A stretch of 64,000 nucleotides of DNA. Origin: an archaeon GW2011_AR5 (GTDB lineage Archaea; Aenigmatarchaeota; Aenigmatarchaeia; GW2011-AR5). The stretch is from NCBI GenBank assembly GCA_000806115.1, contig JWKQ01000002.1, forward strand, positions 256,815-320,814, given 5' to 3'. Shown here piece after piece: positions 38,716-48,247 of this stretch (positions within the stretch are counted from its first letter, which is position 1; each line of letters opens with the position of its first letter). Under the pieces are notes generated by a model. The model saw nothing but the letters and a program-made list of their open reading frames with translations. It was not told the origin of the DNA and made no database searches. The translations under genes were made by a program, and so were the position numbers.

Positions 38716-39549
38716 CTATGCACACCCCGTAATAGTGGGAGTACAGCCGAGGTTTCTTGCGGCTTCGCACTGCCCGCACGCGCCCCTGCCGAACTTGCTG
38801 CACTCAGTAAACTGTTCGCATACCAAGCAGGAGTTTGCCCATGGCCAGTACCAAGGCCCGCCCCAGTAGCAGCTTGCAGTTGATGTGCAGTCGCTTTCAG
38901 CGGCATGCCTTCTGCAGGTGTCAATTCCACATTCCGCGTCCCTGTCTACCGGCACGTCGAACGATGAAAGATAAGCGTCCGGGTGGCTCTCGAGCATCTG
39001 CCTCAGAGTGGAGCTGTCGATGTCGTCCGTCAATCCGGGTTTGTCCAGCCATGTTGTAAAATGGAATACCTCCCTGTCCCGCAGACTTCCAATCTGGCGC
39101 ATGTCGAATTTCAGCTTCAGGTCTTGCGGACAAATGAATTCGCCGCTCGGTGCGGCACATGATATTATTTCCTGTGTGTTTCCGTTCGTATCGCTGTAAC
39201 TTCCCAGTATGAGTTTGCTCTGCGTGCCGGAGATGCCCATGTAGTCCATTATTACGACGAAGTCAAGGCGGTCACTTTGGGAGCCGGGATACGCCCTGTA
39301 GAAGAATTTTAAGCCGTCAAGTATTACCAGCTGCGCATTAGGCGTGCAGTCCAGTTTTGTGAACTTTTCCAGCCCGCCTTCGCCGGGATTGTCGTTGGTG
39401 ATGTAGAGCTTCCCAGGCTCAAATACCTGCCCGATCTGGTTGAATATCTTCCAGGGCGTTACGCCCGCAACTATCGCAATGCCTATCGCAATAACGAGTA
39501 CCATGACTATTATGTAGAACCATGCGCCCATCGTTATCTGGAAGCCCAT
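38716..39549 (-). CDS. Pilin-like protein with C-terminal Cys-rich domain
   Basis: MGFQITMGAWFYIIVMVLVIAIGIAIV; C-terminus with many Cys. Confidence 0.7.
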   Translation of the reverse strand: MGFQITMGAWFYIIVMVLVIAIGIAIVAGVTPWKIFNQIGQVFEPGKLYITNDNPGEGGLEKFTKLDCTPNAQLVILDGLKFFYRAYPGSQSDRLDFVVIMDYMGISGTQSKLILGSYSDTNGNTQEIISCAAPSGEFICPQDLKLKFDMRQIGSLRDREVFHFTTWLDKPGLTDDIDSSTLRQMLESHPDAYLSSFDVPVDRDAECGIDTCRRHAAESDCTSTASCYWGGPWYWPWANSCLVCEQFTECSKFGRGACGQCEAARNLGCTPTITGCA

Positions 39550-39586
39550 AGATTTATTGTGTCCGGCTGAAATAAAAAGAAAAATA

Positions 39587-39767
39587 GCTCTGTAGAAAAC
39601 CTGTGAGAAAAGCAGCAGGAGCATCACCGCATTGAATTTTGTTCAATGCGTGCAGGTGGAACTTGTTCCACCTTGCATTGTGTACCCACAATGCTGCTAG
39701 TAACTAGAGGGTATCGTGCATTCACGATACCCTCCCTGCTGCTTTTCCTTGAGCATTTCTACAGAGC
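39587..39767. repeat. Closed multi-branch palindromic element E
   Basis: Outer stems GCTCTGTAGAAA/TTTCTACAGAGC and AAAAGCAGCAGG/CCTGCTGCTTTT enclose 4-5 hairpins. Confidence 0.8.
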
Positions 39768-39776
39768 AAGAAAAAT

Positions 39777-40751
39777 TTACGCGAAGCAGTTCTTGTCAGG
39801 CCTGTCTATGCAGCCCGCATTGAGTTCGAATTTGCCGCCGAGCCTGTCCTCGCGGCATAATCCAAGCAGCACATTGAAGTCGCTCGATTGGCGGGTGCAT
39901 TCGTTGTCTTTCCAGAAGCTCAGGAGAACCGTCTCTCCCACGTTCTCCCAAGGCTCGCCGCAGAAGCTGCCTCCGAGGGTGCTGCACCCGTAATCAATTT
40001 CTGCATTCACGGCGTTTGCCGAACAGTCGGGCTCCGCATTCAGCATTATTGTGGCGGTTCCTCCGCACATATCTATGATTTGCTTCCATTCGCTCTCCGT
40101 GCTTCCTGGCGTGCCGTTAAGGCGGCTGCTGGTTTTTGTTATGCAGGGACCTCTCAGGGTGAACGTTGCCTTGCAGTCGTACTGGTTCACGGGATTAAAA
40201 TCAACGGCGTAATCGGCGTTGAAGTAATCGTCGACGTTTACTGCGGCGATTATTGCGCTCCTGCCGCTCCTGACAAGGACAGGCATCCTGTAACTGAACC
40301 TGTCGCTGTAGAATGCGTTGTCATATGTTTGTATCGGCATTATTTCGCTTATTATGTCTGCCTTTATGTTGGGTTCTATGATTTCATCCTCGACGCCTAT
40401 CGTGAAGCTGTCGCTGTCGCCTGTCGGGCTGCTGAAGGTCGCCCTGATACTTTGTCCCTTGAAGCTTATTATTGCGATGATATTCACGGGCGCCGTCCGT
40501 TTTCCAGTGACAGTTATGCGCGGCGCCGTTCTTATCTCGTATAAATAGTCGCCAACCCTTGAGCGGGGCGTGACATCAGCCTGTATCGGAGAATTGCTTA
40601 CGCCCGCAAATGCCAGCACAAGCGGCTGCGAGAGGTTTTCCTGTATGTTCTGCGGCAGTTTTGTCCCGATAAATCTTTCGTTGGCATACAGGACTATCGA
40701 GAACGCTATTATACCGAAAATTATGTACGCGATTATGTCGTGCTCTTCCAT
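39777..40751 (-). CDS. Single-TM exported protein of the pilus locus
   Basis: N-terminal TM, Cys-containing exported domain; TGATG coupling to the upstream gene. Confidence 0.7.
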   Translation of the reverse strand: MEEHDIIAYIIFGIIAFSIVLYANERFIGTKLPQNIQENLSQPLVLAFAGVSNSPIQADVTPRSRVGDYLYEIRTAPRITVTGKRTAPVNIIAIISFKGQSIRATFSSPTGDSDSFTIGVEDEIIEPNIKADIISEIMPIQTYDNAFYSDRFSYRMPVLVRSGRSAIIAAVNVDDYFNADYAVDFNPVNQYDCKATFTLRGPCITKTSSRLNGTPGSTESEWKQIIDMCGGTATIMLNAEPDCSANAVNAEIDYGCSTLGGSFCGEPWENVGETVLLSFWKDNECTRQSSDFNVLLGLCREDRLGGKFELNAGCIDRPDKNCFA

Positions 40752-41143
40752 CAGCTCACCCACGGAAGCGAGCTTATTATGGAATCAAATACGCCGTAGA
40801 AGAAACTGCTGCTGCTCGGTCCCGCTTCGCCGCCGAGGCTTGCAAGTATCATGAAGAGCACGATGGCAACTACAAGGAAAAATACGATTGTTGCCAAAAG
40901 CGTGGTGGTAATCACTATGCCGCGTGAATTATGCTTTTTGGACCCCTTAGTCTTGCTTTTTTTTCTTATCAGCGGCTCGAACAGCGCGAGTCCCGCAGCC
41001 CCGCTGCTTATCTGTTCTATGTTCTGCGCGGTGGTTGTTGAGACATCGCTCTCGACGGTATACCAGTATGCGATGGCTATTCCAAAAACCATCAGTATTG
41101 CGATGATTATAGTCATCAAGTCAACGGGCAGCATGGCTTTCAA
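40751..41143 (-). CDS. Tandem pilin-like protein with two class III-like motifs
   Basis: MKA|MLPVDL-TM ... KKHNSRG|IVITTTL-TM. Confidence 0.7.
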   Translation of the reverse strand: MKAMLPVDLMTIIIAILMVFGIAIAYWYTVESDVSTTTAQNIEQISSGAAGLALFEPLIRKKSKTKGSKKHNSRGIVITTTLLATIVFFLVVAIVLFMILASLGGEAGPSSSSFFYGVFDSIISSLPWVS

Positions 41144-41352
41144 GTTCCCGCACCTCTTTCAAGCTTTGCCGGCGTTTCGAATGAAATTGCGGTGCCCGCT
41201 GGTGTATATGCGGACGTGTATACGAGTTCCACGTCGTCATTAACTGCTTCCTGCGCGTTTTTCTGCACCATCCACAGCAGCCCGACGGCAAGCGCCATGA
41301 GAAGCAACCCCATCGCCGTCCACAGCAGCCATTTTGACATTCCCTTTGACAT
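41140..41352 (-). CDS. Small pilin-like protein
   Basis: MSKG|MSKWLLWTAMGLLLMALAVGLLWMV. Confidence 0.7.
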   Translation of the reverse strand: MSKGMSKWLLWTAMGLLLMALAVGLLWMVQKNAQEAVNDDVELVYTSAYTPAGTAISFETPAKLERGAGT

Positions 41353-41389
41353 GATTACTATTGGTTGTATTTTGGATTTATAGTTGCCT

Positions 41390-43372
41390 TTACCCTCTCA
41401 CAAGGCTGCTTGTTATCAGCGGCTCAAACATCACAAGCGTGACAAGCATGCATACTGTGAAGACCACGAAACCGACAATCAGCGATGTGCCAGTGATGTT
41501 CTGCCTGCCTATGGGATCCTCTCCGGACTCAATCGAATTTATGAACATGGCAAGTATGAAGGCAGTTTCAATCAGGTAAACTCCGACAATAAGTATGAAC
41601 TCGAACGGCGTAATCTTTACGTTGCCCAGCGAGGTTAGGAAAGGCACACTTACGCTGCCCAGGTTGCTCGTCTGTTCTGATATCTGCCTCAGTATCTTGA
41701 TGATTATCACAGCCAGCGTGACAACAATGCCCGATATGAGCGGAGAGAGAAAGTAAGACTGGAATTTTAGTGATGAGAGGGTGTCATTGAGCTGCTCTTT
41801 CACGTCTTCCTGGGTGTCGTGCAGCCCTTTCAGGTAGCGCGAGACGGAAAGCATCGCAACCGACGCGGTTCTTACGCCTTTTTTTGTCGATTCCACCACG
41901 GTTCTCATGATGGACTTGATGAGCTTGGAGGGATAGAATCTTATTGCCCCGTACTCCTTGTCGAAAAATGCCTGTCCGAACGTGAAGCCCAGCATCTTCA
42001 TGTTCTTGAGCGCCCTGCCAAACAAGTCCTTTATCTTCAGGTTTTGTATCCTTTCCATCGAGTGTTCCAGAGAAAGCTCTACAGGCACGCCTCCTGATAT
42101 CTGGTTTCCAAGCTGGAAAAGAGCCTCAGCAAATTCGCCTTCTATTTCCCTGGTTTTGCGGCGGATGGCGAGCCGCTGTTTTGACAGCATGATGTAGTAG
42201 ACCCCGAAGCCGAAGGAGATGCCCATCAGGATTACGATTGCGGGAAATATACCTTCGAAATCCGTGGAAGCGAAATACTCATTCACCGTCATAAAAGCCC
42301 CGAGGGCGATTATCATCACCCCTACAAGCAGCCCGACATGCCAAGCCTTGTAGAATTTTTTTCCCATTGCGAATTTGCCGGGCGGCGGAACGTCGGGATT
42401 CTCGGTAATATCTATCTTGCTGAAGGTGGCGGGCCTGGTCTCTAGTATTCCTGATATCACGAAATACAGCACGAGGGGAAGTATTATGTCATATCCGACG
42501 AAAAGCACCTCGGACGACACGCCGAGGAATGCCGCGAGTATGGGGAAAAGCACGAGTCCCATGACAGGGAGCACTATTCCGAGCGCGTGCACAACCATCA
42601 CCGGCATCTTGAGGTCCTGGTTGAAGTGCTTCGCCTGTTCCCTGCTTCCTTCGAGCACGATGTCAACCGCCTCGTCCAGCAGCACGATACGCTTGTCCCC
42701 GACCTGCTTCAGCGACGTTATCATCAATTCAACCGCCTCGACGAACGGCCTGTTCTTCGCCCAGCGGCTCGTGAAATCAACCAGCGCCTCCTGCATTGTC
42801 AGGTAATTTCCGATTTCCACGTCCCAAAGCAGTTTTTTCATCTCGTAGCCCATCGAGCCGCCGAGATTTTCCGCGGCGAATTTCACCGCAGCCTCGAGGT
42901 TAGGCACGTTTCTCATGTACATCGCTATGTAGAGAACAAGCGTGACTATTTCCGAGCCCGCGTCCGATTCGTATTTGCGCCGCAGACGCTTCGGGTAGGT
43001 GTGCACGTAAAAAGTGAAGAAGAGGGAAAGCATCAGCAGCATTAATCCGTAGCCGAAGGAAATCCCGGGAAGCTTCAAAGCGGTGAGAGCCATCAGGATT
43101 ATGGTCGGGATGACGGTTGCGAGAAGGAAAAATATTGTTACGGAAGTCGTCCCGCCGGGCGTCACTTTCAGGTGCGCGAACTCAATGGTTTCCTGTATCT
43201 TCGCGCGCGACTTTTTGTCAGGCTCGATGTGAATTATTCTCTCTGAAAAGCGGCACGCCTTCTCGTAGAGCGACTTGGGCATTGAGGCGAAGGCTTCTTC
43301 TTCCTGGTAAAGCCGGTATTCGCGCGATATGAGGTTGCGTATCTGTTCTTCCCGCTTTCTCTTCGAAGGCAT
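41390..43372 (-). CDS. Type IV pilus membrane platform protein (TadC/ArlJ/T2SS-F-like, two domains)
   Basis: Two cytoplasmic domains (PNLEAAVKFAA; EFAEALFQLGN...G.P.E) each followed by TM clusters; near the ATPase. Confidence 0.85.
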   Translation of the reverse strand: MPSKRKREEQIRNLISREYRLYQEEEAFASMPKSLYEKACRFSERIIHIEPDKKSRAKIQETIEFAHLKVTPGGTTSVTIFFLLATVIPTIILMALTALKLPGISFGYGLMLLMLSLFFTFYVHTYPKRLRRKYESDAGSEIVTLVLYIAMYMRNVPNLEAAVKFAAENLGGSMGYEMKKLLWDVEIGNYLTMQEALVDFTSRWAKNRPFVEAVELMITSLKQVGDKRIVLLDEAVDIVLEGSREQAKHFNQDLKMPVMVVHALGIVLPVMGLVLFPILAAFLGVSSEVLFVGYDIILPLVLYFVISGILETRPATFSKIDITENPDVPPPGKFAMGKKFYKAWHVGLLVGVMIIALGAFMTVNEYFASTDFEGIFPAIVILMGISFGFGVYYIMLSKQRLAIRRKTREIEGEFAEALFQLGNQISGGVPVELSLEHSMERIQNLKIKDLFGRALKNMKMLGFTFGQAFFDKEYGAIRFYPSKLIKSIMRTVVESTKKGVRTASVAMLSVSRYLKGLHDTQEDVKEQLNDTLSSLKFQSYFLSPLISGIVVTLAVIIIKILRQISEQTSNLGSVSVPFLTSLGNVKITPFEFILIVGVYLIETAFILAMFINSIESGEDPIGRQNITGTSLIVGFVVFTVCMLVTLVMFEPLITSSLVRG

Positions 43373-43443
43373 CGTATATTACTTGGCTGCCGGGTTAAAA
43401 ATAGATTCATAAGAGAAAATAGGAAAAAATAGTCCGGAAACAG

Positions 43444-43590
43444 CTATCGTTGTATTCTGGACTCTATTTCGTCAAGACGCTCGTTGAGTTCCCTGAATTT
43501 TTTCTCTATAAGCTCAGTCAGGCGCTCATGATGCGCGTGGACATGATGCTCGTGCAACGGACTATCGTGATGCTCATGTGGTAACGGCAT
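43444..43590 (-). CDS. His-rich small coiled-coil protein (48 aa)
   Basis: MPLPHEHHDSPLHEHHVHAHHERLTELIEKKFRELNERLDEIESRIQR with GAGGAGGTGA RBS upstream. Confidence 0.7.
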   Translation of the reverse strand: MPLPHEHHDSPLHEHHVHAHHERLTELIEKKFRELNERLDEIESRIQR

Positions 43591-43603
43591 GTTTTTCACC
43601 TCC

Positions 43604-43825
43604 TCAGATAGAACTGTAAGGCGTTCTCGCCCTTGTAGCCGCATGAACGGAATCCCAGTTGTAAAGCTTTCTTTCCACTTCCTCCGGCGTTCCCTCGAAG
43701 CAGTTCCTGTACAGCTGCGCATAAGCTTCGTTCGTTCTCCGCGCATTCTCGCGTCTTTCCCTCATTTTCCTCCCCATATACTCTAAGATTTTCATTTTCT
43801 TCAACTCCAAAGTTTCGATTTTCAT
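43604..43825 (-). CDS. Hypothetical protein
   Basis: 73-aa ORF, co-oriented upstream of the His-rich gene. Confidence 0.45.
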   Translation of the reverse strand: MKIETLELKKMKILEYMGRKMRERRENARRTNEAYAQLYRNCFEGTPEEVERKLYNWDSVHAATRARTPYSSI

Positions 43826-43911
43826 ATTATAATAGAAACAGAAACTACTTAAAGATTTCGAGTATTCTATTAAACCCGAAATATAGACTTTAATAGTAAA
43901 GCGGAAAGAAT

Positions 43912-44295
43912 ATGATAATGCCTCCTTTATTTGACGAAATAATGCACAGGGCGCTTTCCAACGACGTGCGCCGCGAGATTCTTCTCAGCCTCGAGAAGAG
44001 AGACAAGTACCTGACAGAGATAGCCGAGGAGATAAAGAAAAAGCCCCAGACGATAGATTTTCACCTGAACCTTCTCGAAGAAATAGGGCTTGTTAAAGGC
44101 GAATGGCGCGAAGGGAAAAAATACTACTCACTGAAAGAAAAAAGAATACTCGACTTCCTGAAGAAAAGAAGGGCCATACCGGAGGAATTCAGGCCGAAGC
44201 CGCCGCATGAGATAGTGCTTGACATGTGGGAAGACATGAAAACGAGGCTGAACAGGATGGAGAAAAAGCTCGACAAATTAGGGGGCAAAAAATAA
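43912..44295 (+). CDS. ArsR-family wHTH regulator with C-terminal coiled coil
   Basis: ALSNDVRREIL..L....YLTEIA......QTIDFHL..LEE.GLV.....GKKYY. Confidence 0.88.
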   Translation: MIMPPLFDEIMHRALSNDVRREILLSLEKRDKYLTEIAEEIKKKPQTIDFHLNLLEEIGLVKGEWREGKKYYSLKEKRILDFLKKRRAIPEEFRPKPPHEIVLDMWEDMKTRLNRMEKKLDKLGGKK

Positions 44296-46518
44296 TCAGT
44301 AGCTCTTCCGAAGCCACTGAAGCCATCTGTCGTATATGAGCGTGCTGTCCAATGCGCCTAATTCTTCTTTCACTTCGCTGCTTATGATATGGAAATGGGA
44401 ATTCGACGCTATTATGTTGTTCGCTTCGAGCAAGTCCAGACGGTTGTTGACGTTCGCGTAATCGACAATCGTCTGCATAATCTTGCCGCGCAGCTTTATG
44501 TTGTTCCACACGGCGTCCCAGTTGCCCTTCCACTCGCGCACGCGCTGGGCTATGTCGTTCAGCACAGCCGACTCTCCCATGAGCAGTGTCTTGCTTGGCT
44601 TTAGCACATCGTCCTTCGCCGAATAGTCAAGAAGGTTGACGAACCCGCCTTCTTCAGCCGGATCATTCTTCCAGTGCTTGCGGACCTCCGTCAGCTCGAC
44701 GCATCTTCTGAAAGATTTCAGACCGTCCGGCGATTTCAGCATGTTCGCAATGAGTATCATGTCAGTCGCCTTGAAGCTCGTGGGCGGCACGCCAAGGTCG
44801 TTCACAACCCTGTCGAACACGCCATAGGCAGAGTCGCCGTGGATTGTTCCCATGACTACGTTGGCTAATGCGCCGATTCGCATGGCTTCGTACAGCGCGA
44901 GCGCTTCCCTGCTTCTCACTTCGCCGATGACAAGAGCGGAATCGCCCAGGCGCAGCGCGGTTCTCAGCGCCTCTTCGGCGGGCAGTTCGGTGTCAACGTT
45001 GGTTATTACGCTTCGCGATTTCATGCTCTGGATATTATATCCAAGGTCGCGCAACTGATGGATCGGCAGTTCCAGTGTGTCTTCCACTGAAATAATTCTC
45101 AGCTTCGGCATTATCTGCACCATCAGCGCGCCGAGCATGGAACTCTTGCCTGATGATCTCGTGCCTGCTATAAGCATCGTCCTCGAGCCGTCAATCAGGA
45201 ACCACAGCAAGCCTGCGGAGAAAGGATCTAGCATCTTGTTGTTTATGAAAAGCGGGAGCGTCCATGGCTTGTCGCGATGCCGGCGGAAAGCGAAGCCGAG
45301 CCCGTCGGGCGACAGCGTTCGCGTAATCGCCGCGACTCTTGCCCGCCCCCCGGGCACTTCTATTTCAGTGTCAAGCACCGGGTTCGCCTCATCCAGCGGA
45401 CGCCCCGACTTTAGCCTGAATCTGGTCGCCCATGATTCCCCGTCTTCCCGGCTCGGCACGATGTTCGTTTCGCATTCCTGGTATATGCCGTGGAACAGGT
45501 AGACGGGTGACGTGCCGATCGGCGAGTTTATCTCGATGTCCTGCACGTTCTCGTCCTGGAGGATCAGGTCAAGTATTCCAAGACCGGCAGTGTATCTTGC
45601 AAGGATATTGGCAAGTTCTTCCAGACGCTTCTCCTGTATGTCGTGGTCCGCCGCCAGGTCACGCAGCATGTCTAAGCCGATTCTGAAAAGATTTTCACGT
45701 ATCCTTTCCGGCTCCTCGAGTTCGCTCTCTCTCGGTTCGTGCCTGCCAAGGTATCGCCGCGCCGTGTCGAGCATGTTGTATTCGATTTCATTGAGCCTGA
45801 ACTCGGGAGGGATGATGTGATAAAGCCGCCTCACCTGTCCCGGTATTGCATAGATTTCTATCTCAGTTTCCTCAACATTGTACCTTTCAAGCAGTTCGGC
45901 GTTCGCCGGCGGCAGCGATATGTATCGCGTGTAAATGAAATTGGGCCTGATAGTCGGGTGGAATATGCGCCTGTAGAGCGACCTGTCCTTGTGTTCGGTG
46001 ATGTTCGGCTTGGCCAGTTGAATGAGGCGGCAGTTGTCGAGCACAGCCGCTATCGGAAGCAGGGAATTGTTCAGGTAGTGGTTGTAGCACTGCTGCTTCA
46101 GTCCGGTTTCCCTCTCGGATTTTACTTTTATTCTCCTGATTTCCCGCGTGAGCGACCTGTAAGCTTCTATGGGGTCAAAACGGAGGTCGTTGAGAAGCCG
46201 CTGGAGAAAACGGTACCTTTCCTGCGAGTCGTCTTCGCAGCCGGCGATGACAACGTTCTTCAAAGAAATGAGCCTGTCCTTCATCAGGCGCTCGATTGCA
46301 AGCGCGATTTCCAGCAGCATCTTCGACTCTGTGAAGTCATATTCATACTCCCGCACGCCGGCGAAGACGATACGCACGACCTTCTTCAGTTCCATCAGTT
46401 TGTCGATGGTAGTTGCCATGCATGCGCTGTAGTCCTCGATGGAGTCGCCGTACAGCCCTCCGACGCAGTTGATGCGCATTTTTTGCGTCTCCTCGTCGTA
46501 GTCGTATTCGTACACCAT
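44296..46518 (-). CDS. Type II/IV secretion (pilus assembly) ATPase
   Basis: Walker A GTRSSGKS, SVEDTLEL Asp box, LR.ALRLGD..LVIGEVRS.EA, MGTIHG His box. Confidence 0.93.
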   Translation of the reverse strand: MVYEYDYDEETQKMRINCVGGLYGDSIEDYSACMATTIDKLMELKKVVRIVFAGVREYEYDFTESKMLLEIALAIERLMKDRLISLKNVVIAGCEDDSQERYRFLQRLLNDLRFDPIEAYRSLTREIRRIKVKSERETGLKQQCYNHYLNNSLLPIAAVLDNCRLIQLAKPNITEHKDRSLYRRIFHPTIRPNFIYTRYISLPPANAELLERYNVEETEIEIYAIPGQVRRLYHIIPPEFRLNEIEYNMLDTARRYLGRHEPRESELEEPERIRENLFRIGLDMLRDLAADHDIQEKRLEELANILARYTAGLGILDLILQDENVQDIEINSPIGTSPVYLFHGIYQECETNIVPSREDGESWATRFRLKSGRPLDEANPVLDTEIEVPGGRARVAAITRTLSPDGLGFAFRRHRDKPWTLPLFINNKMLDPFSAGLLWFLIDGSRTMLIAGTRSSGKSSMLGALMVQIMPKLRIISVEDTLELPIHQLRDLGYNIQSMKSRSVITNVDTELPAEEALRTALRLGDSALVIGEVRSREALALYEAMRIGALANVVMGTIHGDSAYGVFDRVVNDLGVPPTSFKATDMILIANMLKSPDGLKSFRRCVELTEVRKHWKNDPAEEGGFVNLLDYSAKDDVLKPSKTLLMGESAVLNDIAQRVREWKGNWDAVWNNIKLRGKIMQTIVDYANVNNRLDLLEANNIIASNSHFHIISSEVKEELGALDSTLIYDRWLQWLRKSY

Positions 46519-46557
46519 GGTTCTAATTGGACATCAGATTATTAATTGGTTATTGAA

Positions 46558-46726
46558 ACTTCGCATTCCACTGCTTTCAAGCAGTGGTTGAGAGGCAGTG
46601 AATGCGAATCATTGCAAAACTTGCTTTGCAATACAGGTAAACCGAAGGTTTACCATGTGTTCAATGACACACCAATTTCAACAAGCCACCGCATTTATGC
46701 GGTGGTCATTGACAAGTGTGCAATGT
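46558..46726. repeat. Multi-hairpin palindromic element F
   Basis: TTCGCATTC/GAATGCGAA, ATTGCAAA/TTTGCAAT, GGTAAACC-GAA-GGTTTACC, CCACCGCAT-TT-ATGCGGTGG. Confidence 0.75.
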
Positions 46727-46800
46727 TTGCGAAACCCGACAAATCTTAAAATAGCAGCCATGACATTATAAGAGCAGAATGTGCGAAGTGATGTGAGAGA

Positions 46801-47184
46801 ATGCCGGACCCTACCAATGTCAACGTAATCATGCAGGAGCTTGTTCGCAGAAGCAACGAGGACTCGCGCCGTTTACGCAGCCTGGAACAGCGGCTTGACG
46901 GGATAGAGAACAGGATCAACAATTTCGAGAACGGCATGCTCGACAGGAACAAGAAGGTGAACCAGAAATTTGCCGAGCTTGACTTGTCGATGAAGACCGT
47001 TGGCGAAGAGATGATGAAGCTCTCTGCAGGAATAGAGAAGATAAACAAGCAGGTCAGCAAGTTCGCGCGCAAGCAGGATTTGAAGGAGATTGAGAGGATG
47101 CTGGACTTAATCAGCCCGATAAGGCAGGAATTCGTCACAAAGGACCAGCTGGAAGAAGAACTCAAATCTGCTGCGCAAAGGTAG
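46801..47184 (+). CDS. Coiled-coil protein associated with the pilus locus
   Basis: RRLRSLEQRL heptads; FARKQDLKEIERMLDLISP..FVTK. Confidence 0.75.
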   Translation: MPDPTNVNVIMQELVRRSNEDSRRLRSLEQRLDGIENRINNFENGMLDRNKKVNQKFAELDLSMKTVGEEMMKLSAGIEKINKQVSKFARKQDLKEIERMLDLISPIRQEFVTKDQLEEELKSAAQR

Positions 47185-47212
47185 TTATAAAGTTTTTTCT
47201 TATAGGTTTTTC

Positions 47213-47518
47213 ATGAAAAGCACTACTTACCACGTCTGCCTTTCTAATGACGATTTTCTGAAGTATGTCGACAGACGGATGTTCGGTCGGGAGGGTTCAA
47301 AGACGCTTTCTCAGCAGTCGAGGTACTTCTGCTTCGATGCCGATTCCCGTTATCCAGAAGATATCATGGAAATCGTCCTGGACAAATGGTGTAAAGTCGC
47401 TTGCGATACGTCTATTGGGTTTGATGTCAGGCGGAATGATGTATCGGATGCCTACAGTATTCCCAAGAAAAAGATAAGGAAGTATTACAGAACAGTAACT
47501 GTCGGCAAGGTGGAGTAA
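47213..47518 (+). CDS. Hypothetical protein
   Basis: 101-aa ORF. Confidence 0.55.
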   Translation: MKSTTYHVCLSNDDFLKYVDRRMFGREGSKTLSQQSRYFCFDADSRYPEDIMEIVLDKWCKVACDTSIGFDVRRNDVSDAYSIPKKKIRKYYRTVTVGKVE

Positions 47519-47523
47519 TTAAT

Positions 47524-47613
47524 GTGAGCCAAATAAAGAACTGTGATACTATAATTTGGTTCACTCAAAGCGTTCCGAGGTATAGTATACCGATTCTTTT
47601 CTTGGAACGCTTT
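47524..47613. repeat. Two-hairpin palindromic element G
   Basis: GTGAGCCAAAT/ATTTGGTTCAC and AAAGCGTTCC/GGAACGCTTT; the first resembles 30060-30100 in reverse complement. Confidence 0.75.
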
Positions 47614-48247
47614 ATATCTCTTCCTCGTGCATTGCCTGCTTGTCCTTCATCTCGTGTATCATCGTAGAAAGAGCCTCTATATTGCGGGTCAGCGAAGGCA
47701 GGAACTGCTTGAACGCCTTCTCTAATCCACCTACTCTCGCCTCAAGGTCTTCGAGTTGCTCGGAAATGTCAGCCATCCTTGAGTCAAGCTCGTGCGTCGG
47801 GCTTTCTCTCTTGTTCTGCTCGAGCTTCGCCTCGAACTGCTTTATCTCCGCCCTCATGCGGTCGAAATTGTCGTCTATCTTCTTCAGGCGGTCGTCAAAC
47901 TTGTGCCATTTTTCCTCGACTATGCCTTCTATCAGTTCTTCAAGCATTACTTCGGGCTGTTCTATCTCGCCGGTGCCGAACTCCGGCATCATCTCGGGTT
48001 CCTGCTGCTGGGGAAGCTCAAATATGTTGTCCATGGCGGGGGACTGCATGTCCATCTGCCTTGGCTCGTCATTAACGCCTTCCTTCACCGCCTTCAGCAT
48101 CGCGCTTTCTATAGCCTCGTAGGAATAGCCCTTGCCCTTCAGGTGCTTGATTATGTCCTTGTCGCTCATGCCCTTCTTCGTCATCCTCTGGACTTCGTCG
48201 ATAGGAACTTCTCTCGGTTCCTTTGGAGCTTTGTGAAACAATCCCAT
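47612..48247 (-). CDS. Acidic coiled-coil protein associated with the pilus locus
   Basis: P.DEV..M..KG.S...II..L...GYS N-domain; EELIEGIVEEKW; LEKAFKQFLP.L. Confidence 0.75.
   Translation of the reverse strand: MGLFHKAPKEPREVPIDEVQRMTKKGMSDKDIIKHLKGKGYSYEAIESAMLKAVKEGVNDEPRQMDMQSPAMDNIFELPQQQEPEMMPEFGTGEIEQPEVMLEELIEGIVEEKWHKFDDRLKKIDDNFDRMRAEIKQFEAKLEQNKRESPTHELDSRMADISEQLEDLEARVGGLEKAFKQFLPSLTRNIEALSTMIHEMKDKQAMHEEEI

Noticed and set aside
39550..39627. N-terminal extension of ORF 38716..39627, and similarly 52992..53090 of the antitoxin ORF
   Set aside because: These extensions run through structured non-coding elements; downstream ATGs give better starts
41390..46518. Archaellum (arlIJ) assignment
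   Set aside because: No archaellin, ArlF/G or ArlH recognisable; context fits a pilus
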